Shown here: piece after piece, positions 8,855-17,035 of the stretch
How positions within the stretch are numbered: the first letter of the stretch is position 1
Layout of the letters: each line of letters opens with the position of its first letter
Assembly (NCBI GenBank): GCA_966244135.1
Contig: CBIMJO010000001.1
Span: 1 to 35,982, forward strand
From: an uncultured Actinocrispum sp.
Lineage (GTDB): Bacteria; Actinomycetota; Actinomycetes; Mycobacteriales; Pseudonocardiaceae
Length of the DNA stretch: 35,982 bases
Direction of reading: 5' to 3'
Notes under the pieces: model-generated
Told to the model about the DNA's origin: nothing
What the model saw: the letters and a program-made list of their open reading frames with translations, nothing else
Database searches by the model: none
Translations under genes and position numbers: made by a program

Positions 8855-9358
8855 GTGGCCATCCGAGGGATGAACCACGCGGTGCTGTGGGTGCGTGACG
8901 CGAGCGTCAGCACGGACTTCTACGTCGGTGTCCTGGGCTTCCGGGTGGTGCACCGGACGGCCAAGGCCGCGTTCCTGCAGGCCCCGGAGTCGGCCAACGA
9001 CCACGACCTGGGCCTGTTCGAGGTCGGCCCGGAGGCCGGGCTGAGCACCGCGGGAACCGGCCAGGTCGGCCTGTACCACGTGGCCTGGGAGGTCCCGACC
9101 CTCGCTGACCTGCGGCAGTACCGGGAACGCCTGGCCGAGGCGGGCGCGCTCGTGGGTTCGGCGGACCACGGCACGACCAAGGGCCTGTACGCCAAGGACC
9201 CGGACGGGCTGGAGTTCGAGGTCTGCTGGCTCGTGCCGGCCGACCTCGTCGACGACGACGCCCGCAACAGCCGCGGCGAGCTCGACCTGGACGCCGACAT
9301 CGCCCGCTACGGCGCGGACACCCTCGGCGCCTGCGCCCGGGTCGGCGCCCAACTCTGA
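8855..9358 (+). CDS. VOC/glyoxalase family protein
   Basis: GTG start; MNHAVLWVRD, NDHDLGLF, GLYHVAWEV, DHGTTKGLYAKDPDGLEFEVCW. Confidence 0.9.
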   Translation: MAIRGMNHAVLWVRDASVSTDFYVGVLGFRVVHRTAKAAFLQAPESANDHDLGLFEVGPEAGLSTAGTGQVGLYHVAWEVPTLADLRQYRERLAEAGALVGSADHGTTKGLYAKDPDGLEFEVCWLVPADLVDDDARNSRGELDLDADIARYGADTLGACARVGAQL

Positions 9359-9360
9359 CG

Positions 9361-9418
9361 TCACCCCTCGTGAGTGGTTGTGCCGGTTCGAACCGGCTTA
9401 ACCACTCACGAGGGGTGA
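9361..9418. terminator. 58-bp near-perfect palindrome; bidirectional terminator and/or REP-like element
   Basis: TCACCCCTCGTGAGTGGTT-GT-GCCGGTTC / GAACCGGC-TT-AACCACTCACGAGGGGTGA, 27 of 29 positions paired, between convergent stop codons. Confidence 0.8.
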
Positions 9419-9426
9419 GGTGGGGT

Positions 9427-12400
9427 TCATGACTTGGTGGGGGCGCCTTCGTAGCGGAGTTTGGGCAGCAGGCGTTCGTGTTTCATCACGACGCTGTGCG
9501 CCGCGACCGAAGTGCACCTGCCGATGTCCGCGCCGTACAAGGGAACCGTGGCGTGCGCCAACGTGGAGTAGGCGCCCACCTTGACCTTGTCGATCTTCAG
9601 CACGCGGTCTTCGAAGGTGTGCGCCTGGAACATGGCGTTCACCGTGGCGCCGTCGCCGAACTCCAGCATGTCCGGGTCGACGACCTGGGCGAACCCGTCA
9701 CCGAGCACGACCCGCTTGCCGATCTTCATGCCCATCCGCCGCAGGTAGACCGCCAGCATGAGGGTGCCCTCCAGCGCGGCGAGCACTCCGCTGGCGATGA
9801 CTCCCCAGGCGACGTACAGGAAGTCCCACCGGCTGCACCAGCATGACCACAGTGGATGGACGCCGGGCCGGACCTTGCCCAGCAGCAGCCATTTCATCGC
9901 CAGGATGATCAGGCACGGCAGCAGGGTGACCCCGAACGTGACCACCGCGGCGCCGATCGCGAGAAAAGCCGCGAACGGCAGCATCCGCACGGCGGTCGCG
10001 GTCCACCAGAACCAGGTCACCATGATCGCCAACGGCACTATGGGCAGCGCGAACCGCAGCCATTCCCAGAACAATCGCGTGACCCGCCGGGCGAACGACG
10101 GCGAGTGGGTCAGCTTCCGGTCCACCTCCACGACTTCCCGGTGCGGCAGCTCGAAAGCGGGATGCCCGAACCACGAACTGCCCGGTCGCACGGCACGATC
10201 GTCGGCCACGGTGCTGATGCCGATCAGGATGTCCGCGGGCAGCCGTTGCCCGCCGGTGATCACCGCGTGGTTGCCCAGGAACGTCTGCGGGCTGATGTGG
10301 ACGCTGCTCAGCGTGACCGTGCCCTGCTGGATCCGTGGCCCGCCAAGGTAGATCCCGTCGGCGAAGAACGTGTCGCCGCCGATGTGGACCAGCTCGGGGA
10401 CGACGTCGATGATCGTGCTGATCTCACAGCCACGCCCCAGTTTCATGCCCGCCCAGCGCAACCACACCGGCCAGTACAGGCCGCCGGACAGCCAGCGGCC
10501 GGCCGAGTCCACCAGCCCGGCCTTCAGCCAGATCCGGATGTAGGCCGGGCTCCACCGGCTGATCACCTTCTCGGTCACCCGGCCGAGCATCCGCGCCACC
10601 AGTGCCTCGAACGCGATCGTGACCATCAGCGTCAGGCACACCAGCCCGGCCATCAGCCACAGGAAAGGCATGTACAGCAACGGGTTGGAGATGGTCTCGA
10701 GCACCGAGTCGTACGTCACGCCGTAGTACAGGATGACGCCGACCGTCAGGCCGGTGGCCGGGATCGCGAGCACAAAGCCGAGCAACGTCCGGCTGACCAT
10801 CATCGCGATCGCGTGCAGCAACGGCGAAAGCACGCTGCCGTCCCGCTCGGGCTCGGGCGGGCGGGGCGCCGGGCCGACGAGCCGCGCGGGCACGCCGTCG
10901 TGCAACTCACCGTCCGAAATGGACTGACCGGCGGGCAGCGAGGACAGCGGCGCGAGCCAGGAGTCGCGTCCCATGTGCGTCCCCGCTTCCAGGCCGGCGC
11001 GAATGTCCACTGTGGCGCCGGAGTCGATCCGGACCGGGCCGACGACCACCTGGCCGTGTTCGAACCCCACCAGCCCGATGTGCGCGTCCTGGCTCAGTGT
11101 CACGTCGTCGCCGATGTCCAGCAGGTCCCAGCCGCCCTGAGTCAGGTTGACACCGCGGTGGATGTGCACGCGTTTGCCGATCCGGGCACCGAGTTTCCGC
11201 AACGCGATGCACTGGAACTCGGTGCCCGCGATGAACCCCCATGGAATCAGGCGTACGACGTGCTGCACGATCCACATCCGCAGCCGCAGGTTGCTCCAGG
11301 CCGGGGCCCGCACCGGCCGGTAGATCCCGATGAGCATCCGCTTCAGCCAGACCGCGAGCAGCACCGCGATCGGCGTCCAGGCCAGGCCGAGCGGGATCAG
11401 GACCACCGGCACGATCAGCACCAGCGGCAGCAGCCCGATCTGGCCCGCCAGCCACGGCAGGAACTTGAACGTGACGAGGTAGGCGATCGGCGCCAGCAGA
11501 AGCAGTTCGAGCGCGATCCAGCCGGCTTGGACCATGGTCACCTTGGCCGCGGCCCGCGCGGTCGAGACGACCGGCACGGGCGCCGGTTCCTGCCGGGCCG
11601 GCGCTCCCGGGCTGACCCGTCGCGCGAGCTGAGCCACCGTGCGGGCTTCGTAGACGTCCCGGACCGTGATCGCCTCGGTGGCCCGGTTCAGCCGGAGCTT
11701 GGAGATCAGGATCGCCGCCTGCAGCGAGGTCCCGCCGAGATCGTCGAAGAAGTCGTCCGTTGTGGACACTCCCCCGCTGATCTGGAAGACCTCGGCGAAG
11801 GCCTGCGCGATCGCCTTCTCGATCGGATCCGCCGCCACCGCACCACCGGTGCTGCGGCGTTCGGGCAACGTCAGCAGCGGCAGGTCGGTCCGGCGCAGCT
11901 TGCCGCCCGCGCTGCGGGGCAGATCCTTGATCACGCCGTACAGCGCGGGCACCATGTACGCAGGCAGTTCCTCATGCAGCCTGGCCTTCAGGCCGGCCAC
12001 ATGGGGCGGCCGCATCGGGTCGACCGGAACGATGTGCGCGGCAATGGCCTGCGCCGCACCCTCGCCCTGGACCCGGCAGGCCGCCTCCCGCACGCCGTCG
12101 CACCGCGCCAGGCAGGTCTCGATCGCCTCCAGTTCGATCCGGTAACCGCGAACTTTGACCTGCGAGTCGATCCGGCCGTGGTAGAACAGCGTCCCGTCCG
12201 GCTCGGCGTGCACGAGGTCACCGGTGCGATAAAGGCGCCCCAGCGCGGGGTGGTCCGGGAACTTCTCGGTGCTCAGTTCCGGCAGGTTGAGATATCCCAG
12301 CGCGAGCCCGGCACCGGACATGCACAATTCGCCCTTGTGCCCTGGGGCGACCGGGTTCAGGTGCTCGTCGAGGACCCAGGCGCGCATGCCGGGCACCGCG

Positions 12401-13377
12401 TGGCCGACGGCGATCGGTTGTCCCGCAACGATGTCCTGCCGCAGACAGGTGACCGTGCACTCGGTCGGGCCGTAGCCGTTGACCATCCGCCGCCCGCGAG
12501 ACCACTGCTCGGCGACATCGTCGGGCAGCGCCTCGCCGCCCACGTACAGCAGCCGCAGCTCGGGCAGCGCGGCCAGCGGATCGGGACAGGCGGCGGCCCG
12601 CAGCAGGGTCGGCGGCGGGCAGAACACGGTGATCCGCTCGTTGCGCAGCCACGGCACCACATCCGGGCCGAGCCGGACGGTCTCGTCGTCCATCACCACG
12701 ACGGTCGCGCCGGCCGACAGGGCCATCCAGGTCTCTTCGACGGAGGAGTCGTAGGCGGCGGACGACCCCTGCGCCACGCGGTCGCCCGGACGGAGGCCGA
12801 ACTCCATCAGGTCGCCGCTGACCAGGTTGGCGATGGACGAGTGCGCGATCATCACACCCTTGGGGCGGCCCGTGGTGCCGGACGTGTAGATCAGGTACGC
12901 CAGGCCGTCCGGCGCGAGCGGCGCCTCGATCGGCTGCATGGCCGCGATCGGCGCGTCGACCTGCACGACCGCGCCCGGGTAGCCGATCCGGCGCGCCCGC
13001 TCGGCACCCGCGGCGTCGGTGACCAGCACCCTGGCCCCGGCGTCCTTCAGGATGTGTTTGACCTGGTCGTCCGGAAAGGACGGATCCATGCACACGTGCG
13101 CCGACCCGGCCTTCAGCACGGCCAGCTGGGTCGCGTACAGCGCGTCGGACGTGCGCGGCAGCAGCAGCGCGATGATCCGCCCCCGGCCGACCAGCCGTTC
13201 GAAGATCCCCGCCGCCGCGTGGCTCTTGCGCAGCAGGTCGCGGTAGGTGATCCGGCTGCGCTGCGGCCGCCCGCCGGCCGGCGGGATGTCCACCGCGACC
13301 GCGTCCGGCCACCGCTGGGCGGCCTGCTCGAAGAAGTCGTAGAGCGAGACCGCCGGGGACTGGACGGTCGCGGTCAT
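9427..13377 (-). CDS. Pls/PosA-family membrane-bound single-module NRPS-like poly(amino acid) synthetase
   Basis: A domain (YTSGTTGRPKG, YGPTE, LYRTGD, GRIDSQVKVRGYRIEL, PRSAGGK), T domain (FFDDLGGTSL), hydrophobic TM segments, three tandem hexapeptide-repeat regions (LGARIGKRV, AGMKLGRGC, MGMKIGKRV), C-terminal QAHTFEDR. No canonical C or TE domain. Start ATG 13377 overlaps the SET gene stop. Confidence 0.92.
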   Translation of the reverse strand: MTATVQSPAVSLYDFFEQAAQRWPDAVAVDIPPAGGRPQRSRITYRDLLRKSHAAAGIFERLVGRGRIIALLLPRTSDALYATQLAVLKAGSAHVCMDPSFPDDQVKHILKDAGARVLVTDAAGAERARRIGYPGAVVQVDAPIAAMQPIEAPLAPDGLAYLIYTSGTTGRPKGVMIAHSSIANLVSGDLMEFGLRPGDRVAQGSSAAYDSSVEETWMALSAGATVVVMDDETVRLGPDVVPWLRNERITVFCPPPTLLRAAACPDPLAALPELRLLYVGGEALPDDVAEQWSRGRRMVNGYGPTECTVTCLRQDIVAGQPIAVGHAVPGMRAWVLDEHLNPVAPGHKGELCMSGAGLALGYLNLPELSTEKFPDHPALGRLYRTGDLVHAEPDGTLFYHGRIDSQVKVRGYRIELEAIETCLARCDGVREAACRVQGEGAAQAIAAHIVPVDPMRPPHVAGLKARLHEELPAYMVPALYGVIKDLPRSAGGKLRRTDLPLLTLPERRSTGGAVAADPIEKAIAQAFAEVFQISGGVSTTDDFFDDLGGTSLQAAILISKLRLNRATEAITVRDVYEARTVAQLARRVSPGAPARQEPAPVPVVSTARAAAKVTMVQAGWIALELLLLAPIAYLVTFKFLPWLAGQIGLLPLVLIVPVVLIPLGLAWTPIAVLLAVWLKRMLIGIYRPVRAPAWSNLRLRMWIVQHVVRLIPWGFIAGTEFQCIALRKLGARIGKRVHIHRGVNLTQGGWDLLDIGDDVTLSQDAHIGLVGFEHGQVVVGPVRIDSGATVDIRAGLEAGTHMGRDSWLAPLSSLPAGQSISDGELHDGVPARLVGPAPRPPEPERDGSVLSPLLHAIAMMVSRTLLGFVLAIPATGLTVGVILYYGVTYDSVLETISNPLLYMPFLWLMAGLVCLTLMVTIAFEALVARMLGRVTEKVISRWSPAYIRIWLKAGLVDSAGRWLSGGLYWPVWLRWAGMKLGRGCEISTIIDVVPELVHIGGDTFFADGIYLGGPRIQQGTVTLSSVHISPQTFLGNHAVITGGQRLPADILIGISTVADDRAVRPGSSWFGHPAFELPHREVVEVDRKLTHSPSFARRVTRLFWEWLRFALPIVPLAIMVTWFWWTATAVRMLPFAAFLAIGAAVVTFGVTLLPCLIILAMKWLLLGKVRPGVHPLWSCWCSRWDFLYVAWGVIASGVLAALEGTLMLAVYLRRMGMKIGKRVVLGDGFAQVVDPDMLEFGDGATVNAMFQAHTFEDRVLKIDKVKVGAYSTLAHATVPLYGADIGRCTSVAAHSVVMKHERLLPKLRYEGAPTKS

Positions 13378-13862
13378 CGCACTTCGGCAGCGAGCAGGTG
13401 AGCCGCCAGCCACGGCCGCAGCCGCGCCCGCTCGTCCGCGGACAGGTGCCGGAAGCCCTGCACGCGCCCGGCACAGCGCTCGCTGCCGCACCGGCAGGCG
13501 AACGGCTCGGCCATGTCGTATTCGGTCGTGTTGTAGTTGAAGGTGATGTCCTGTCCGAATTCGATCGGTTTCAGGCTGACCACCTCGCGGCCCTTGATCG
13601 TCACCGTCGGATCGCAGCCATGGTTCATGAATCGCCAGTAGAACCGGTCGAGAATGGCCTCGAAGTCATATTCAGCCGGTACATCGATATGCATGGCCGG
13701 ACCGACCTGCACCGTATACTTCGTCGGCCTGTGGCTGAGCTCGCCCACCACGGTGAACAGGTGTTCACCAGCGGCGACCGGCCTGTTGGCGATCAGGCGG
13801 AACTCGCCGCCGGCCCGCACGACCGCCACCGAACTCGTCGTGCCGAGCATTTCTATGGTCAC
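13374..13862 (-). CDS. SET-domain (lysine-type) N-methyltransferase with post-SET Cys motif
   Basis: RFMNHGCDP, ITFNY and post-SET CRCGSERC. GTG 13862 follows a GGGAG RBS (ATG 13850 or 13883 are alternatives). Confidence 0.9.
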   Translation of the reverse strand: MTIEMLGTTSSVAVVRAGGEFRLIANRPVAAGEHLFTVVGELSHRPTKYTVQVGPAMHIDVPAEYDFEAILDRFYWRFMNHGCDPTVTIKGREVVSLKPIEFGQDITFNYNTTEYDMAEPFACRCGSERCAGRVQGFRHLSADERARLRPWLAAHLLAAEVR

Positions 13863-13977
13863 ATCGACTCCCCGGATCGGCATTTTCCACTGCTTCCACC
13901 TGGGATACGAGGGCACCTCGGAATTGGTTCAGACTCCGCCGACGACCGGCAATACGATACGAAATTCGTTCCCGGCT

Positions 13978-13999
13978 GGACACTCTGTCAGGAATGTCC
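13978..13999. promoter_or_regulatory. Putative PucR-type operator upstream of the SET-NRPS operon
   Basis: GGACA-N12-TGTCC inverted repeat with an internal GACA repeat (minus strand GGACATTCCTGACAGAGTGTCC), overlapping the pucR stop and followed by an AT-richer promoter-like patch. Confidence 0.45.
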
Positions 14000-15145
14000 G
14001 GGATGAATGGCGTCGTGGCCGAGCACCGCGATGTGCAGGGCCGCCCTGGCCCGCGGCGAGTCGAGGTCGGCGTCCAGCAGCTGCCCGATCCGCTTGAGCC
14101 GGTCGTACAGCGCCTGCCGCGACATGTGCGCCGCGGCCGCCGCGTCGCTCTTGTTGCCACCACTGTCCAGATAGGACCGCAACGTGCCCAGCAGGTCCGA
14201 ACCCGGGTTCTCGGCGGTGTGCGCGAGCAGCGGGCCCAGCTCACGCTCCACATAAGCCTGCAGGTCATGGTCATCGCGCAACGACATCATCAGGGCGGGC
14301 AGGCCGACGTCGGCCGGACGGACATAGGACCGGCCACCGGTGCTCGTCGCGACCGCGGCCACCCGCAACGCTTCCGTCAACGACTGCCGTGCGTCGTGGA
14401 CGGCGGTCACCACCCGGCCGGCCCCGATCACAACGTCCGGCCCCACCCGGTTGCGCACCGCGGCCGCCAGCTTGGTCACCTGGTCGTGACCGTCCTCTCC
14501 GGACGCCAGCGCGAGCAGGATCGCTACGGAACCATCGGCGACCGAGCCGAACAACGCCGGCTGGCCGGTGTCGCGGAGCGCGTCGCCGACGGCCCGTGGG
14601 CGGCCGCGCACCGCGACACCTATGAGGGCACCCTCCGCCACGGGCACCCCCAGCACCTCCGCCCGCGTCGCGAACTGCGCGGCGGGCAGGTTTCCGGCCA
14701 GCAGGGCGGTCAGCAGGCCGCGCTGTGCCCGGTGCGCCGGGTCCTCGTCCTGGCGCAGCAACCGGTCGAGCGCGATCACCGCCGCGGCCCGTTCGGCCAG
14801 CAGCACATACGAGTCCGACGGTTGCGCGCACCGCACCAGCAGCCGGCCCCAGAACTGCCCGCCCGCACCGACAACCGTTGTCAGCCAACCGGTTCGCTCG
14901 TCGTACGACGTCGGTCCCGGCGTGACGATCCGGCGGGACAACGCTCTCCATTGGACGAGTACCGCCTGAGCGTCCGCCGACGGCGGGGCGAACGCAAGCA
15001 CGCGATGCGCGGTGTCCTCCAGCAGCACCGGACCGCCGGCGAATGCGGCCGCTTGTGCCACAACGACATCAGCGTCCGCGCCGGACAGCGAGAGCTCGGT
15101 GAAACACCGGTGGATTTCCATGCATGACGGTAATTCCGGTGCCAT
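13988..15145 (-). CDS. PucR/CdaR family transcriptional regulator
   Basis: C-terminal ELGPLL...LLGTLRSYLDSGGNKSDAAAAAHMSRQALYDRLKRI HTH, preceded by GAF- and GGDEF-like regions. ATG 15145 after GGAGGAGG; start uncertain. Confidence 0.9.
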   Translation of the reverse strand: MAPELPSCMEIHRCFTELSLSGADADVVVAQAAAFAGGPVLLEDTAHRVLAFAPPSADAQAVLVQWRALSRRIVTPGPTSYDERTGWLTTVVGAGGQFWGRLLVRCAQPSDSYVLLAERAAAVIALDRLLRQDEDPAHRAQRGLLTALLAGNLPAAQFATRAEVLGVPVAEGALIGVAVRGRPRAVGDALRDTGQPALFGSVADGSVAILLALASGEDGHDQVTKLAAAVRNRVGPDVVIGAGRVVTAVHDARQSLTEALRVAAVATSTGGRSYVRPADVGLPALMMSLRDDHDLQAYVERELGPLLAHTAENPGSDLLGTLRSYLDSGGNKSDAAAAAHMSRQALYDRLKRIGQLLDADLDSPRARAALHIAVLGHDAIHPGHS

Positions 15146-15261
15146 CGTCGAGCCGGCTCCTCCTCCTTGGCGGACAGCCATGGTTTCGCGGACCGGCGCG
15201 CGCCCGCATCCGCCGACCGGCCGGAGCACCCCCGCCGGGTGGCGGGGATATCGTCGGGCGG

Positions 15262-16350
15262 GTGCGTGCCCGCCTTTTCGACGCGATGGCCGTCTGTGCC
15301 GCGGCACTGGATGCCTGGATCAGCGTCGACACCACCGACCACATCGGCATGATCTGCGCGGCGGTCGCGTGCGCCGCTCTCGTGGTGCGCAGGCGTCTGC
15401 CCTACCTGGTCTTCGCGCTGACCCTGCCCGCGGCCGTGGCGTCCATGGCGGTGATCGCGTCGCTGATCGCCTTGTACACACTGGCTTGCCGGACCCGCAA
15501 CCGTCCGGCGCTCATCGCGTGCACCGTGGTCACCGTGATCGGTTACGCCCTGCCGTGGCCCACTGCCGAGTTCGACCTGACCAGCCCGGACGCGATCCTG
15601 ATCAGCCTCGCCTACTCGACCGCGACCGCCGCGGCGCCTGCGTTCTTCGGCCAGCTCGTCCTGGCCCACCGGGACCTGTCCGCACGGCTCGCGGAGATCG
15701 AGGAGGTCCGGGAACACCAGCAGGAGCTGATCGCGCAGAACGTGCTGGCCAAGGAGCGTGCCCAGCTGGCCAGGGAGATGCACGACGTGGTCTCGCACCA
15801 GGTCAGCCTGATCGCCGTGCGCGCGGGCGCCCTGCAGATGAGCACTGGCGACCCCGACGCGGCCGAAGCCGCCACCACCATCCGCGCGCTCAGCGTCGGC
15901 ACCCTGGACGAACTGCGCCATATGGTGACGTTGCTGCGCGCGTCCACCACGGTCCGCGCCGAGCTCGCGCCCCAGCCGACCTTCGCCGAGCTGGAGGTGC
16001 TGCTGGCCAACAGCGGTGTGCCCATCCGGCTCGACGGCGACCTGCCCGCCGGTATTCGCCCGCCGCATCAACGCGCGATCTACCGGACGATCCAGGAGGC
16101 CCTCACGAACATCCGCAAACACGCACCCGGCGCCACCGCGACCGTCCAGGTCTGGTCCGACGACACCCACGCGGGCGTCACGGTCACCAACACCCCGCCG
16201 ACCAGGCCCGTCATCCCGTTGCCGAGCGCCCGGCACGGCCTGATCGGCCTGCGTGAACGGGCCGAGTTGCTCGGCGGCGACCTGAACTGCGGGCCCAGCC
16301 CGGATGGCGGCTTCGAACTACGGCTGCGCCTCCTTACCACCGAAGCGTGA
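15262..16350 (+). CDS. Membrane sensor histidine kinase (HisKA_3/DesK-NarQ type)
   Basis: TM helices; ERAQLAREMHDVVSHQVS H-box; YRTIQEALTNIRKHA; HGLIGLRERAELLGG. Start approximate. Confidence 0.92.
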   Translation: MRARLFDAMAVCAAALDAWISVDTTDHIGMICAAVACAALVVRRRLPYLVFALTLPAAVASMAVIASLIALYTLACRTRNRPALIACTVVTVIGYALPWPTAEFDLTSPDAILISLAYSTATAAAPAFFGQLVLAHRDLSARLAEIEEVREHQQELIAQNVLAKERAQLAREMHDVVSHQVSLIAVRAGALQMSTGDPDAAEAATTIRALSVGTLDELRHMVTLLRASTTVRAELAPQPTFAELEVLLANSGVPIRLDGDLPAGIRPPHQRAIYRTIQEALTNIRKHAPGATATVQVWSDDTHAGVTVTNTPPTRPVIPLPSARHGLIGLRERAELLGGDLNCGPSPDGGFELRLRLLTTEA

Positions 16351-16387
16351 CCAGTGTCCCGCGCCGGGGGACACTAGAGTTCCGATC

Positions 16388-17035
16388 ATGATCCGGGTGG
16401 TCGTCGTCGACGACGAAGCGCTGGTGCGGTCCGGTTTTCAGCTGATCCTGCAGGCCGCCGGGGACATCGATGTGGTGGCCACCGCGACCGGCGGGACGGC
16501 GATGGCCGAGATCGCGCGGCACGCACCCGACGTGGTCCTGCTCGACATCCGGATGCCCGACATTGACGGCCTGACCATCCTGCGGCAGATCCGCGCCCTG
16601 GCCGGCCCGCCGGTCGTGGCCATGCTGACCACGTTCGACTCCGACGAGTACATCGCCGCCGCGCTCCGCGAGGGCGCCGCCGGGTTCCTGTTGAAGGACA
16701 CCGATCCCCAGCAGCTCGCCGCACTGGTCCGCAGCCTCGCGGGCGGCGGCATCGTGTTGTCCCACAAGGTGATCCGCTCGGTCGTGGACGGCTACCTCGG
16801 CGGTGGCGCCGCCCCTGCCGAGGCCGGGCGCGTGTCCCGCCTGACCGGGCGCGAACGCGAGGTGCTCACCCTCATCGCCGACGGACTGTCCAATGCGGAC
16901 ATCGGCACCCGGCTGCACCTGAGCGTGGGCACGATCAAGGACCACGTCAGCTCGATCCTGACCAAGCTCAAGGTGACCAGCCGGATCCAGGCCGCCCTGC
17001 TCGCCCAGCAGGCCGGCCTGTTCCGCGGCAATTAG
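16388..17035 (+). CDS. NarL/LuxR family response regulator
   Basis: MIRVVVVDD, PDVVLLDIRMP, LTTFD, GFLLKD, LTGREREVL HTH. Confidence 0.95.
   Translation: MIRVVVVDDEALVRSGFQLILQAAGDIDVVATATGGTAMAEIARHAPDVVLLDIRMPDIDGLTILRQIRALAGPPVVAMLTTFDSDEYIAAALREGAAGFLLKDTDPQQLAALVRSLAGGGIVLSHKVIRSVVDGYLGGGAAPAEAGRVSRLTGREREVLTLIADGLSNADIGTRLHLSVGTIKDHVSSILTKLKVTSRIQAALLAQQAGLFRGN

Noticed and set aside
9427-13377. Assigning the symbol pls (epsilon-poly-L-lysine synthetase)
   Set aside because: The architecture matches the family, but the A-domain pocket and gene context differ, so the product cannot be assumed.
9856-13401. 1181-aa ORF on the + strand
   Set aside because: Antisense shadow of the NRPS caused by high GC3; no recognisable motifs.
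13374-13862. SET protein as a secreted histone-modifying effector
   Set aside because: No secretion signal or effector domains, and it is translationally coupled to a biosynthetic enzyme.
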